A stretch of 64,000 nt of DNA from positions 195,632-259,631 of the forward strand of contig NMRA01000327.1 in assembly GCA_002633005.1 (NCBI GenBank), read 5' to 3'. Positions within the stretch are counted from its first letter, which is position 1. Every line of letters starts with the position of its first letter. This stretch comes from Phoronis australis. Lineage: Eukaryota > Animalia > Phoronida. A program made the translations under genes and the position numbers. The notes beneath the pieces are model-generated. The model did no database searches, was not told where the DNA came from, and saw only the letters and a list, made by a program, of their open reading frames with translations. Below are positions 1 through 11,586 of the stretch, in pieces.

Positions 1-206
1 AACCCCAACTGATTTTACTGTGATTACTTCAAATATTTCACTACTAGCCAACATCAATGTCTATATAATTACAAACTTAAGTAAAAATCATCAACCACAG
101 CACAGTGATAACATGTCAGTATGACACCACTGTCACTGTCTTGACAATTTATTTCATAAACTACTCCTAAAAAGTTTTGTGAAACCCCTTCCCAGTGTAC
201 GATTAC

Positions 207-624
207 CGAAATGAGCAGTTTTTACACTCATACGTGGCCGGGCGTACAATCCGAGAAAAATATGTGAATGCATGTGGATATGCTCGCCTGCAAGAGTCAA
301 TTAGTTTGCTGACATCACTCAGCCATACCTTCTTGTTCAAGTCCTTTGCCGCATCCAGTTCTTTCAACAGTGACGCTATCTGTCTCGACTGATCCACACT
401 GGAGTTGAGTCCCCTTTCTAACTTCCTTGTAACACTTTCCAAATCTCCAATATTAGAGATCTCACTCAGTATCTGACCATCTGTCTTATGACCTTGTCCA
501 GAAGTGGCTCCTCCTAATGAAGCCACAGCAGTGTTTGGTAAAATGTTGGCAGCTCCTGTATTTCCTCCTACAAATCCACTTTGATCACCAGGTGGCGCCA
601 GAGGAATATTTTCACTGCCAGCTG
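207..624 (-). CDS. Gene A coding exon 5 (AGSENIPLAPP...TYECKNCSF); either spliced at CG|GTAATC or terminating at TAA 203-205
   Basis: TTCTCTAG|CAG (NAGNAG) acceptor, phase 1, 418 nt open, helical segment and a CxxC motif. Confidence 0.75.
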
Positions 625-766
625 CTAGAGAACCAAAGATAAAAAAACCACTTTTATTAAAGACTTTTTCATAAATTTAGGCAGCATTGTGTTACATTCA
701 GTCAGTTATGCTAGTTTCAAAATCACCTCACATGTTGGAAAATAATTTATCAGAGCCTGAAATTAA

Positions 767-2366
767 AAGGGGACTGTAGTCAAAATAATGTTGCAGTTAA
801 TTGGTTCTAACATACAAATAAAACTCACATTTGCCTGACTTGCGTGCCAAACAAAAGCCAATTCGTATTCATGGTCAAAACACAGAATTCTGAAAGCGAT
901 CGCTGATTGGCTGATGTGTCAGTGACGTGAACGGCGGGGTATCGGCTGCTTTGCACATTCATATTTGAAGAGTTTACATCGTAATTTATCATTGTATCAA
1001 TTGTCCTTATTTTTATTGTTTGCCACAGTGCTGTAAAAGGTTCGCTATGCCTTTTTGTATGGCACCTGGTTGCTCAAATTCTTCGAAAAAGGCGTCTTCT
1101 AAAGGAATGGTCATCGCATACCATCGCCGGGTTACCCAAGCCTTGGCCCAAAGCTCAGTGTATACTAGATATAGGCCTACAGGTTTAAGCCGATATGGGT
1201 AAAAATGTACAAATAAAATCTGACTCAAATAAATGTCATTAAAACTAAGTCATCCTTGAGTAAACCTAGGAACCAGGTTCCTAGAGTATACTAACTTCTG
1301 TATTTATCGGTGTTGGAAATGTTAGCGATCGTTCATCGGCTGCTGCTAGTAAAATTGTGATGTGTTCTCTTGAGACGGCTTTTTGCGATTACGTCACCTG
1401 ACCTTTACCAGTTTCTTTTCCCCTGATTCTTTTATCAAGTGTTCATCGCTGACGGTACCTAGGTTGCGTACATGTTATAACAAATTATCGGAACTTGTTT
1501 CATTTAGTTTCAACTTTTTAGTATTTTTACACAAGCAAACCGAATTTTAGAACAACCTTGGTGCTGCGAAGCTGTCATCATGTCCCGAAAGACGTCTCAA
1601 ATTTTTATGACATGGCGCGTGCTGTTTTTGAAACGGACGACACACTTCTTAGTAAAAAGGTGGCAAATTATGCTACCAAATGACGTTTATTTGATTGTTT
1701 TCCACTGAAACGGCTGCAACGAACAATGGGAGTGTCGGGTGACTACCAGATTTTGCATGCGCCACCGCCGGTCCGTTAGCTTTATATGTTGATGTAGCCT
1801 AAGTTTTACGACGAGGTGACGAGCATAACTGAGTCAACTATACCCGGGTAGTCAACGGCTGTCTGAAATTTCGGGGTTAACGGAGCTCAACACACAGTGG
1901 TACGATAGTCTTCATACAGCTACAGTCGGTAATTTACCAACCCTTCAAGTTTACAGAGCTGAGTATTAGCTGACAGCTGGCTGACTGGATGGCTAGAGTC
2001 CACATTGCCCTCGGCACAGTCACTGACACCAGTTGCATCGGCAAATTTTTGTCTGACGATGACGATGACTGGGTATCACTTTGTGTTGCCTCGGCTCAAA
2101 CAGGTATCCCTTGTGACCCGACATTTCACACTAAAATTTCTTATTCCGACAATATGAAAAATGCTACTTGATTGCACGCTAACACAGGACAGTGACTTGG
2201 CCCCCGCCAAATACGTCACGAGACTAAGCAGCGCTCCAAGCCGGTAATTTTTTGAGCTTCGTTAGAGAATATAAGTTTAATTTTTGGTGTTGAATTATTT
2301 GTGAAATTTATCAACAATTCATAGAAAACTATCCAGAATTGATTCAGAATAAAATACAGTTCTCTT
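767..2366 (+). mobile_element. Kolobok-like DNA transposon deletion derivative carrying a THAP-domain remnant
   Basis: TTAA at 763-766 and 2367-2370; termini AAGGGGACTGTA and (reverse complement) AAGAGAACTGTA match 10/12; internal MPFCMAPGCSNSSKK...IAYHR at 1048 resembles a THAP zinc-finger N-terminus. Confidence 0.65.
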
Positions 2367-2627
2367 TTAAGGTATTGTATCACACACAGATGACTCAGTA
2401 TTACTATTAGTAAATACAGGCTTAATAACTAAAAGTAAGTATGTGGCCACACGTTATTAATGTCCTTAATAATTGTTAACCACGGGTGTTTGGGAAAAAA
2501 GCAATCTTCTGCAGCCAGGGCGCGTGAGCAAATAGAAACCAATGACATGAAAACAACATTCTTCAGACAGTTAAGCTGCCTTCGAAACAAAAGTTGAAAT
2601 TAATTTGGAAAAAAGTGAGGTAATAAC

Positions 2628-2957
2628 CTTGAATTGGATTCAGATGACCTTGAACCTGGTGAGGAGTGACTTGTTGAGTAGGTGTTGATGTAGCAGTGGG
2701 GGGGAGAAAGGGAGGCATGTACATCCCCTGAGGAGGTGTGAAGGGGTATGCAGTGATGTACCCAGCACCTGGGGGACTTGCATAGGACATGTGTGGTGGT
2801 AGTGCTGATGGTGGCATGGGACCATAGGGGATGGGGTAGGGAGGCTGGGCAGGGAAGTGAGATCTGTTGTGGGAGGGAGTGTGGTAGGAATTGTCTGAGT
2901 AGCTGTCGTGAGCTGATCGAGAGCGTGAATGTCTGGACTTGTGGGGTCGCCGAGAAC
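2628..2957 (-). CDS. Gene A coding exon 4, Ser/Arg/His-rich then Pro/Tyr-rich low-complexity segment
   Basis: Polypyrimidine tract TTTTCTTCTCTTAG| acceptor, 330 nt open, CAAG|GTTATT donor; phase 1 in, phase 1 out. Confidence 0.75.
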
Positions 2958-3613
2958 CTAAGAGAAGAAAAAAAGACTTCATATAAAGTACGAACATGAC
3001 CAAGCTACAATCACCTACAATAAACTCAACTTGACACATGGTATAACCAAGAAATCAAAAGTGCAGTTTATTCAATTATTAAACCTCTAAAATGTATCCC
3101 AGACCAAAACAATTAAGGTCATTAAAGATTGCAGAGTACATGGCTTTAATAACCACATTTTTCTTTATCTGCTACTGAAGGAGAATTCAACATCAGATAA
3201 GTGGTTTTCAAACATTAAGAAAACAAAACAACCCTCAATATTTCCACCCAGGCTGTACTATGAGTTACTCTGGCCAGACACTGTCCACATCCAGGAAAAA
3301 CACTGTTATTTGTAGTTTGTCATAATACACATTTGTCTCATTATGTGTAGTCCGAGATAAAACCATGTTAGACCCACTTTTTATATCATTGCATGATTAT
3401 ATTTTCAAACATGGATTGCATTAGAATCAGGTGACTGGCCAAGACATGCACAGCTAGTAAAAAATATTGAAGGTCACTTCAATTATATAGCTGGATGTAA
3501 TACTCTGAAATTAACCGTTCCATGGTTAACACAACAAACATTATGGGTACTTAGCTAGATAGGTCATTCTAGTATTTGATATTAACTGCTTTACTTGCAC
3601 ATTAGATTGTCAC

Positions 3614-3678
3614 CTTTATGTCTTGAATCCTTCCTTGGAGAGTCTGACACACTAGCCATGGTGTCACTGTCATGGCCT
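3614..3678 (-). CDS. Gene A coding exon 3 (GHDSDTMASVSDSPRKDSRHK)
   Basis: TTACAG| acceptor, 65 nt, AAAG|GTGACA donor; phase 2 in, phase 1 out, matching both neighbours. Confidence 0.65.
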
Positions 3679-4127
3679 CTGTAAGCACTACAACATAAGG
3701 TACAAAACAACAACAGGTTATCGTAAACAAACTGGGTATAAACACGAGTAGTTAGAGCAGAATTAAACCAAAGATTTCTGACAAAGAAACAAGTTTTGCT
3801 CCAGGTCACTTGCTGCAATAAAATTGGCTTCAAATTGTTCCTTGGTCAAATTTGATGTCATTTCAGAGGTTCAAAGTAACTAATGGTTTGTTGTGTCTTA
3901 AGACCAGGGTCATGACCTGACCTTGTATGTCTTAGTGTGAAATGATTGTAAACAGTCAGTTCTTTCAGAGTCCAGAGATCATTATTGAGTAAGGAACATA
4001 ATAAGACGTCAAGTTTTTAATGGTAAGTGGGCTAAATAAAAACTTGGTATTTGAAAGACATTAACAGGCTTAATGCCACTTTAAGTGAAGATTGAAACAG
4101 CCATGATATGGTACCAGACTTACTCTC

Positions 4128-4640
4128 TGAGACCCGCATCATGTACGTATTGATCCCCTGAGTCCCACACCATGTATGTTTCCACCCCCTGAGACCCACA
4201 TCATGTACGTACCCACCTTCTGAAACCTATTCCATGCATGCATCTACCCTTTGAAAACCACACGTACTCACCCTCGGAACTCCACACTATGTAGGTACCT
4301 ACCCTCTGAGACCCACACCATGTATGTACCCAAACTGAGACCCACACAATGTACGTACCCATCCACTAAGACCCACACCACATATGCATTCATCCTCCGA
4401 AAGCCACACTATGTACTGATAGTAATAGTCTTATAAAACATGCCTGCTTTTTGAGAACCAGTTGATGCCCACTATTCAGTAGAGAAAACTGGTTCTCAAA
4501 ATGCATGCACGTTATATCAGATTATTACTGTACCTAACCTTCCAAAACTCACACGACACCCACTTTCTAGGTCTCACACCTGTCTCTACCCTCTCAGACC
4601 CACACCACACATGCACACACCTCTCAGACCCACACCTCAT
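4128..4640. repeat. Degenerate ~30-bp minisatellite (CTCTGAGACCCACACCATGTACGTACC-like) interrupted by a ~120-bp palindromic insert at ~4412-4533
   Basis: Repeated GAGACCCACACC/ATGTACGTA motifs; insert has arms TTTTGAGAACCAGTT / AACTGGTTCTCAAAA. Confidence 0.75.
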
Positions 4641-4663
4641 GTCCAGCCTGTAATCCAACTTAC

Positions 4664-4879
4664 CCATGTGCCTCTTTATGAACACTCCTCGTTATAGTCT
4701 CTTCAACTTCTGACTCATTCCGGCGTCCGTTGTACTTTCTGTCTAAGTGGGCTCTCGGCAATCGTTCGTGAAGTTCATCATTGACTTCAGGTGAACCATA
4801 CATCTCCACTAGACGGCTTTTCTCAAGTTTCTCTTCAAGTGACTGTCGCAAGGCCTTTTCCTTGTCAATTTCACGATCC
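4664..4879 (-). CDS. Gene A coding exon 2 (DREIDKEKALRQSLEEKLEK...HKEAH), charged coiled-coil
   Basis: TTTAAAG| acceptor, 216 nt open, GG|GTAAGT donor; phase 2 in, phase 2 out. Confidence 0.8.
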
Positions 4880-4974
4880 CTTTAAAGTTAACACCCAATG
4901 CACTTATTAGCTTTTTTTAAATATGAGAACAGCCCCAGAAATGGCTTTCGCATTATATCCAGGTTATCGTTCAC

Positions 4975-5115
4975 TCCCCTGCACAGATTCACAAGTAAGA
5001 CCGAGCTCTGAGGAGTAGGAGACACCTTTGTACAATGGTCGAATGTCAGCCAGTGAAGCCAGGATTTGAACTCAAGTCTCGCACGCAGTTCTCCGGAGCT
5101 CTATTAGTCTCAGCA
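4975..5115 (-). mobile_element. Possible tRNA-derived SINE head remnant
   Basis: B-box-like GAGTTCAAATCC on the minus strand preceded by a degenerate A-box-like segment; no intact cloverleaf. Confidence 0.3.
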
Positions 5116-6466
5116 TGTATGAAATATTTGAAAATTAAACAAGTTTAAAAAAAATCAGCACCATTTTATTAATTAGCACAATCGTTTAAATTCAGGATGG
5201 CATTTTTATGTTAGTACAATGGTAACTTACTATCTAGAAAAATCTGACAGATATTGTAACAAATTGACAAATGGTGTCTCCTTAACTACCTAAATCTGAT
5301 GACTTCATCGTTATTCTTGAAGCAGATAAACTTCCACACACCATGAATCTGTGATATAGTTCGAGAATGGACCTGACATCAGAGTGAGTGATGTGCCAGT
5401 ATAAAGTGTGCTTAAAACTTTGCATTTGGGCAGTTGGTCCGTGATTCACTTGATTAATAGCTTCTAGTAAATGTGTGCACGTGCCATCAGTCAATACGTC
5501 ATGGTACGATTTCCACTTCAGCCAGAGCATTTTTTTTGGACTTGAATAACAAACTGATGTAAAGGAAAAAGTGACTTGGCATAGACACAGACTATTGTGA
5601 AATATCTATGGCACTGGAGTGCAGGTTGATTTCTGTATAAAGTGCCCAGTTTCCAAATCTTAGAGTCGACAATTGACAAGTGGGGTAAAATCCCAGCTCG
5701 CCATTTTGGATTTAATGTAGCTAAACTTTTAGTACTGAGTGACATCGCTGGCGACTGTGACACTTGGGGAGAGGATAGCTGCTGCGCCACTGAGGTACTG
5801 TAATATTTTCGGTGAATCTTTATGAAAATGTAAACCATCACTAGTTAATGTCAAAACACAAAAAGTCTGAGGGATTTATGATTTATGACCAATCAGTGTG
5901 TCTGCCTATGAAAACGGATATGTTACGTTTCCAGGCACGTAGGAACATACACAAATTACAAGGGGGCATATCATTTGCCCTTGGCCAGTCGCCCCAATAG
6001 ACTCAACTTTCCCCCCTGCAGTCATTATTTTCTCCCCCTTCTCCCATAGCCACAATTTCCTCTGGCCACTGCTATTCCCCCACCATGCTCTGTTTTGTCT
6101 CCAAGCACCCTTTACGTCACAGGATTTGGTACAATCCTGCGCCTTAAACTGGGCGTCACTGTTCGAGCGTGTTATTTTTCGAGCGCTTGTGGATTAACAA
6201 GAGTGGCAGATGGCGACTGGCACTGAGTGTTGTTTTTTGTTGCCGTTTTGAGTGTTAGTTGATCTGTTTTGCAAGTGTGGGTACGGCATTGTTGTAAACT
6301 TAGGTCGTGTTTGGAGAGCTGAGGTATGAAAAACTGAAGTCGCATTTAGCAAGTAAGCCCCAAGCTCAGGTCATCAGTGGCAATTTCAGCTCGCATAATT
6401 TGTTTGAGTTGGAAGGAATTACATACTGTCTACCAGCGTTGCTCCTATAGTATAGGTCGCATTGAG

Positions 6467-7144
6467 CACAGGTGTCCTCAGCTTTTGATCGTCCCCAATA
6501 CACTATATATAATACTACAAGGTATGACACTCCGGACTAGAAATTCCACAGGTGCTTCACTTCAGCCATCCACAGCAAACACAAAACCCAATAAATTTAC
6601 ACAAAACAGAGGTTCAACAAACCATGAGGAATTGTTCTTTCTCCCAGTACCATTTATGGTGTCACTCCACCGAGTTCGCAAGAAATTCGCGGTCAAAGCA
6701 CAAAAATCTTCCCAAAAAGCTTGTCCGGAGCAACTCCCTGGTCTCGCGCGCAGGGTACGGAATTTTCTGATGAGTTACAGATGAACGGCAATTGCCGATT
6801 CATCACGGCAAGTCACGGCATCGATAACTCGGCAATTGTCATTCATCCGTAACTCATCGGATAATTCCGTACCCTGCATGTGAGACCAGGGAGTTGCTCT
6901 GGATGAGCTTTTTGGGAAGATTTTTGTGCTTGCCAACTCGGTGGAGCAGAACACCGTCAATCGTATTGGGAAAAAGAACAATTCCTCATGGTTTGTTGAA
7001 CCTCTGTTTTGTGTGAATTTATTGAGTTTTATGTTTGTTATGGACGTCTGAAGTGAAGCGCCCGTGGAATTTCTAGTCCAAAGTGTCATACCTTGTAGTA
7101 TTATATAGTGTATTGGGGACGTTCAGAAGCTGAGGACACCTGTG
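6467..7144. mobile_element. Fold-back (near fully palindromic) non-autonomous element with ~330-bp arms
   Basis: CACAGGTGTCCTCAGCTT... and ...AAGCTGAGGACACCTGTG; arms stay complementary up to the centre at ~6810-6825; ORFs 6377+ and 6775- share mirrored peptides; related fragment at ~53435-53530. Confidence 0.85.
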
Positions 7145-7373
7145 GCATCGAGAAGGTGCCACCCTCTAACTACTAACTTTGCTTTGGCTTTAGCTTACAG
7201 CCACAAACAATTGACTTTAGTCCAAATGGTTAGAACGATCGGCTCTCAGGATTTTGGGAATGATCAAAAAATTTCCATCAGTGTTTAACAAGTTGAAGTT
7301 TGATGTACAACACAAGAAACTTATTTACAAAAAACTTATTTACATTTATTTCTGACACCGGAAGAATTCTTAC

Positions 7374-7558
7374 CGCTGATCGACTTCGTCTCTGAGTCTC
7401 TGCATTTTGTTATGGGCACCTTCGATGGCAGAACGGAGAGTGTAAACAAGCTTCTTGTCTTCAGCAGGCAAATCAACAATTTTCTCCGGTGTTCTGTCAA
7501 GTCTTCTCACATAATCTGGATCATTTGTCACACTCCGTCCCGTATCTTGGTCCGCCAT
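7374..7558 (-). CDS. Unidentified gene A, coding exon 1 (MADQDTGRSV...RLRDEVDQ), coiled-coil N-terminus
   Basis: ATG in AAAATGGCGG context at 7558; 185 nt open; CG|GTAAGA donor (phase 2) joins in frame to the exon at 4879. Confidence 0.8.
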
Positions 7559-7561
7559 TTT
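7552..7561 (-). promoter_or_regulatory. YY1-type motif overlapping the gene A start codon
   Basis: AAAATGGCGG on the minus strand, in a CpG-richer region typical of a first exon. Confidence 0.35.
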
Positions 7562-9039
7562 GACGCTTCGCACAGAACTCTGGGTAGTAAACAACTATCC
7601 ACCTATTGTCAATTCAGCAAACTTGTTTTGTCCGGTACCGGTCAGCGCTATCTTGAGGCTTTATAGGGAGGGGGATAAGGGAGGAGACTGTTGCAGGCAG
7701 GGGGGTTCGGGACGTTCGATAGAACCCCCCTCCCTCCTAGGAAAAGGTCCAGCCCTAGCCTATCGTTCTATGCCTGGGACTGAGCAATATCATTTGATAT
7801 TGGTCCTAGTTCTATGCTAACCACAACCATAACTAAGTTAACATTAATTTTGAATTTACTTCTGATGTCAAGCGCTTCACATATTCATCGGGTCGTATCC
7901 CGCCCGAGTGGTGACTGCATAGATGGCGATTAGAGGAGGCTTTATGTTATTCATCGGCCGAAAGCGCGTGGTGTCTACACCATATGGTAATGAGGAATGT
8001 CTATTCTTAGCCCAAATATATAGCATCGAGGGAGATCCCAAAAGTAGTGCAGTGTTAATGCTTTAAAATCGACCAAGAAACGAAACAGCAGAAAATGGGT
8101 TTGCTATTTGCTACTTTGGTGTACTTTCTAGCATAGTATGGATAAAGTGCTGACATTTTCAAATTTAGAATTGAAAGTGATCGCCAAATCTTCACTAGTG
8201 TCCACTTTGATTGTGGATTGATGGATTGACATGCATGCGTGTACACGTGTGTGCGTTTCCGTTCTTTTAAATTCAGTACACAATCAGATGAAAAATTACA
8301 TCAATCATTCTCCGACTAAATATTTCTGTCCGAGTATGTAATGGGGTGTAATCACTCATTTACAAAAGCCCGATTTGAAAGTTTGGCAGGAGGTAACGCG
8401 AGAACGTTAGATTATATTTATAGATCATATTACGTCCGAATTTGATTCCTGTTGTTTGCGAGCAACCGCCGCGACATCCTCATTTCTCAGTGGTATTACA
8501 AATTTCGTCTTATCTCAGGAACATAGAGCTGAGAGCCATCGTTGCCGTGGATACAGAGTTCCCTTTCCCATTATTAAACTGCGTCAAGTGCCTTACAAAA
8601 AAACTCGAGTGTCGACGTTTTCAAAAGGTCCGCCTTTCTAGAAATTCGAACCACTCCCGCGCAATGCTGGCTACGGGCCTGTGTTGTACATGCACTTGAA
8701 ATCTTGAGTGAACTTGGAATAAATTTCTATTCCAAGTTCACGCAAGTGATTTTTAGATTAAGCAAGCATTTGTGACATCTACAGCCGATTTCATAAGGGT
8801 GGTTTAATAAAACCAGGTTTAAGATTTAAACCTGGTCTTCCTAAACCTGGTCGAATTTTAGACGTAACTTGCATTTCATCAACATGGTTTGAAAGTCTGA
8901 GAGACTGGTTTTGTTAGACCATGAAGCGGGTTTAGTAAGGTTTAAAGTGTACAAGCCACCCGACCGTGTTGATCCGGATTAACCCCCCAAAAAAAACTAT
9001 TGAAGTGCCTCAATGAAACTTTGATCACATGGGTACACA

Positions 9040-9228
9040 ATGGCACATAGCAGTAGAATCAATGCAGACATTTTGCGAAAAAGGGCTAAAAGCTTTTCTC
9101 ACGAGGAAAAATGCTCCCTCCCACAACTGATCAGAGAAAAAGCCAATGTGATAGTCGAGAACAAGAAAATTGGTGCCAAATCAAGTCAACGTAAGCAGCA
9201 GGCTTGGAGAAATATTGATCCAGAATAA
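9040..9228 (+). pseudogene. Myb/SANT-like DNA-binding protein fragment (MSANTD3-like; PIF/Harbinger accessory ORF remnant)
   Basis: RKRAKSFSHEEKCSL...IREKANVIVENKK...RKQQAWRNI fits the RKxNFSxEE...ENKK...KxxAWxxI pattern; truncated by a stop. Confidence 0.65.
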
Positions 9229-11586
9229 AGGCCAGAAAGAAAATTTCATCAGTGAAAAAATTGCAAAGAAAAACGGCGAGAGACCCAGTGGCAGATCTAG
9301 GATATTATGAGGAGATATTTTTCATTTTGTATCGTCTGTGTCCAACACAAGTATACACATTACGCTGAACTGCAACATAGTAAATGCACATGTTCATTTC
9401 CGTGTCATTTTACTTTTTTGCAGCCAAAGGGGAGGCACGGAGGCGGATCNTTCCCCCCCCCCCCATCCCCTTACCCCCAGAGCTCAGAATCTCTTCGAAA
9501 TTGGTAGCAGTGTCTTTCATATTTCAACTTATGAAATCGCCAATGACTCTCTCAAAACTGCGACTTCATTTTCAACATTTGACATCGTCCTTAGTCAAGT
9601 TCTTCACTTCTTGTAAATTCTTACCCTAGTAGGCAACGTAAACTATCAACTTTTAGCCCTGCATGGCCCCAGGAGATCTGTAATCGTTTCTCAGCTGGTT
9701 AAGGAACAAGTTCAAGTATAACACTTGTTGAGTCAAAGTGTTGTTTTTGGAAAATAAAGTGGAAATACTAATTTCATTTTTAAACATGGAATTTAATGAA
9801 TATTAGGTTTTCATTGGTATGCTGTGTGTTGTCAACAGGTCTAAATATTGATGACACTAGATATAGAACACAACTCTCTAAGGTTCTGTTGACAGGTTTT
9901 GAATGGTCTCATAGAGATGATTAGACTTTTCTGGCCTGCAGTATTTTTGTCTTTCTTTGCTACAGACGCACACAACAAAACGCCAATGAATATAAAGGCT
10001 TTATAATACACAAAACTGGCTCAATGAAATAATACTGTCCATACCACTTGCTTTGGCACATCTTACAAACCACGGCCCAGCAGTCGCTTTTCTAAAAGCA
10101 ACCGTTCGACTGAGCGAAGTCACATATGAATATGCATCTTTTGCAGGTTGTCAACATCTCTAAATACAGTTGATAAGGTTTAACAACTGGACTGAAACAT
10201 GGTGGCATACACAGTAATGTTTGAGACAAATGTTCCCATGTGAGTGAGGAGCAAACAGAGGGAATGACATATCTAAGTTGTGTTAATATTGATTTTTCGT
10301 TACGCAAGAGGGATGATTTTCAGCTTTTTATGCACTTGTCATTGTCCTTGAAGATTGTCTTCTATCAGGAAGGTGTTTTTTCATCAACGCATTCGTTGTT
10401 AGGTTGTAATAAATTGTCTATAGTACAGGTTGGCCAGAGACAAAGGGTTAGATTGGGGATTAGATAGATCGTTTCCGGCGATCTGTAATGGGTGATTTTG
10501 TTTGAATCTGTCGACAAATGAATTATCATTGTCACAATGTGGAAACAGAGAAAAATAAATTTTTCCATTTACTTGATTTTTTTATTGATCCAACATTCAC
10601 CTACTGACAGTAAATCTCGATCCTTGTTCACTTTTCAAGGTTCGTTGTATATGTGTTAGTCACAGATATAATGCACGTCAACGTGAAACCAATTTTGTCT
10701 GTAATGGGTATTTTTGATTGAAGAGTTTTGTTATGTATTATTGTCGTGGTTGAATAAAAAGAATTTAAACTATTCTATTTACATTAAACAAGTTCTAAGC
10801 AACTTCTGTGTTCCAGAAAGAGGAAGAGTAGTCCTCAACTGACAGAGCATGTTCAAGCTATTAAATCAGGGACACACAACTGGTCTTGTCGACAGCAGAT
10901 GCTAGTGAACATCTTTATCGGTTACACAGAATCTGTGATAAACATTTGTGCTAATGTGCAGTGTATCAACAGAGTACGGTAGCCAAGGTTCATTGCTGTT
11001 ACAGCATCTGAAGCCGCTTGCCAATGAATCACCATAAATGCTACTTGCCACTGAATCACCATAAATGCTACTGACCAATGAATTCTTGACATTTGTATTG
11101 TCAGTATGGTGTAGGAAATGCCCTAAGCATTATACTGATCCCAAGTGTAAAACGGAACAGAGCATAAAGTACAAAATCTGAAGGTTTTTATTGGAATCCT
11201 ATCAGCCATTTGCGAGATATGTTTCCAGTTTTATTAAGTTTGGACATTTGTCCAGGATCTCCCATTACCTTAACCTGATGATTGAACATTATTCTTTTAC
11301 TAGGCAATGTAATGATATCGTATAACTATTGGTCTTCACACACGCCATATGCTGATCACATCAGGTGTTGGCTAACAGGTTAGCAGAAAGTCCTGGGTTC
11401 AAACCTTTGTGGGAATAGAGAACATTTAGATGTAACTACGTATCACCTGATGCCACCAAAATATGGGGTGTGTAAACATTAATAATTCTTGTTTATTATT
11501 CTTAAAATTTTAGCATTTTTTCCCTGTGAACAAACTTTGGGCAGACTCTTGTCAAAAATGGAACCTGTTATTGTGACGGAATCAAC

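Noticed and set aside
585-598. CTCF-like TCACCAGGTGGCGC inside gene A exon 5
   Set aside because: A single site explainable by codons (LAPPGD); insufficient evidence alone
6377-7089. Two ORFs on opposite strands with similar peptides (NKFTQNRGSTNHEELF)
   Set aside because: A by-product of the palindrome, with no coding signature
11365-11470. tRNA-like GGGTTCAAACC B-box
   Set aside because: No cloverleaf; at most a decayed SINE head
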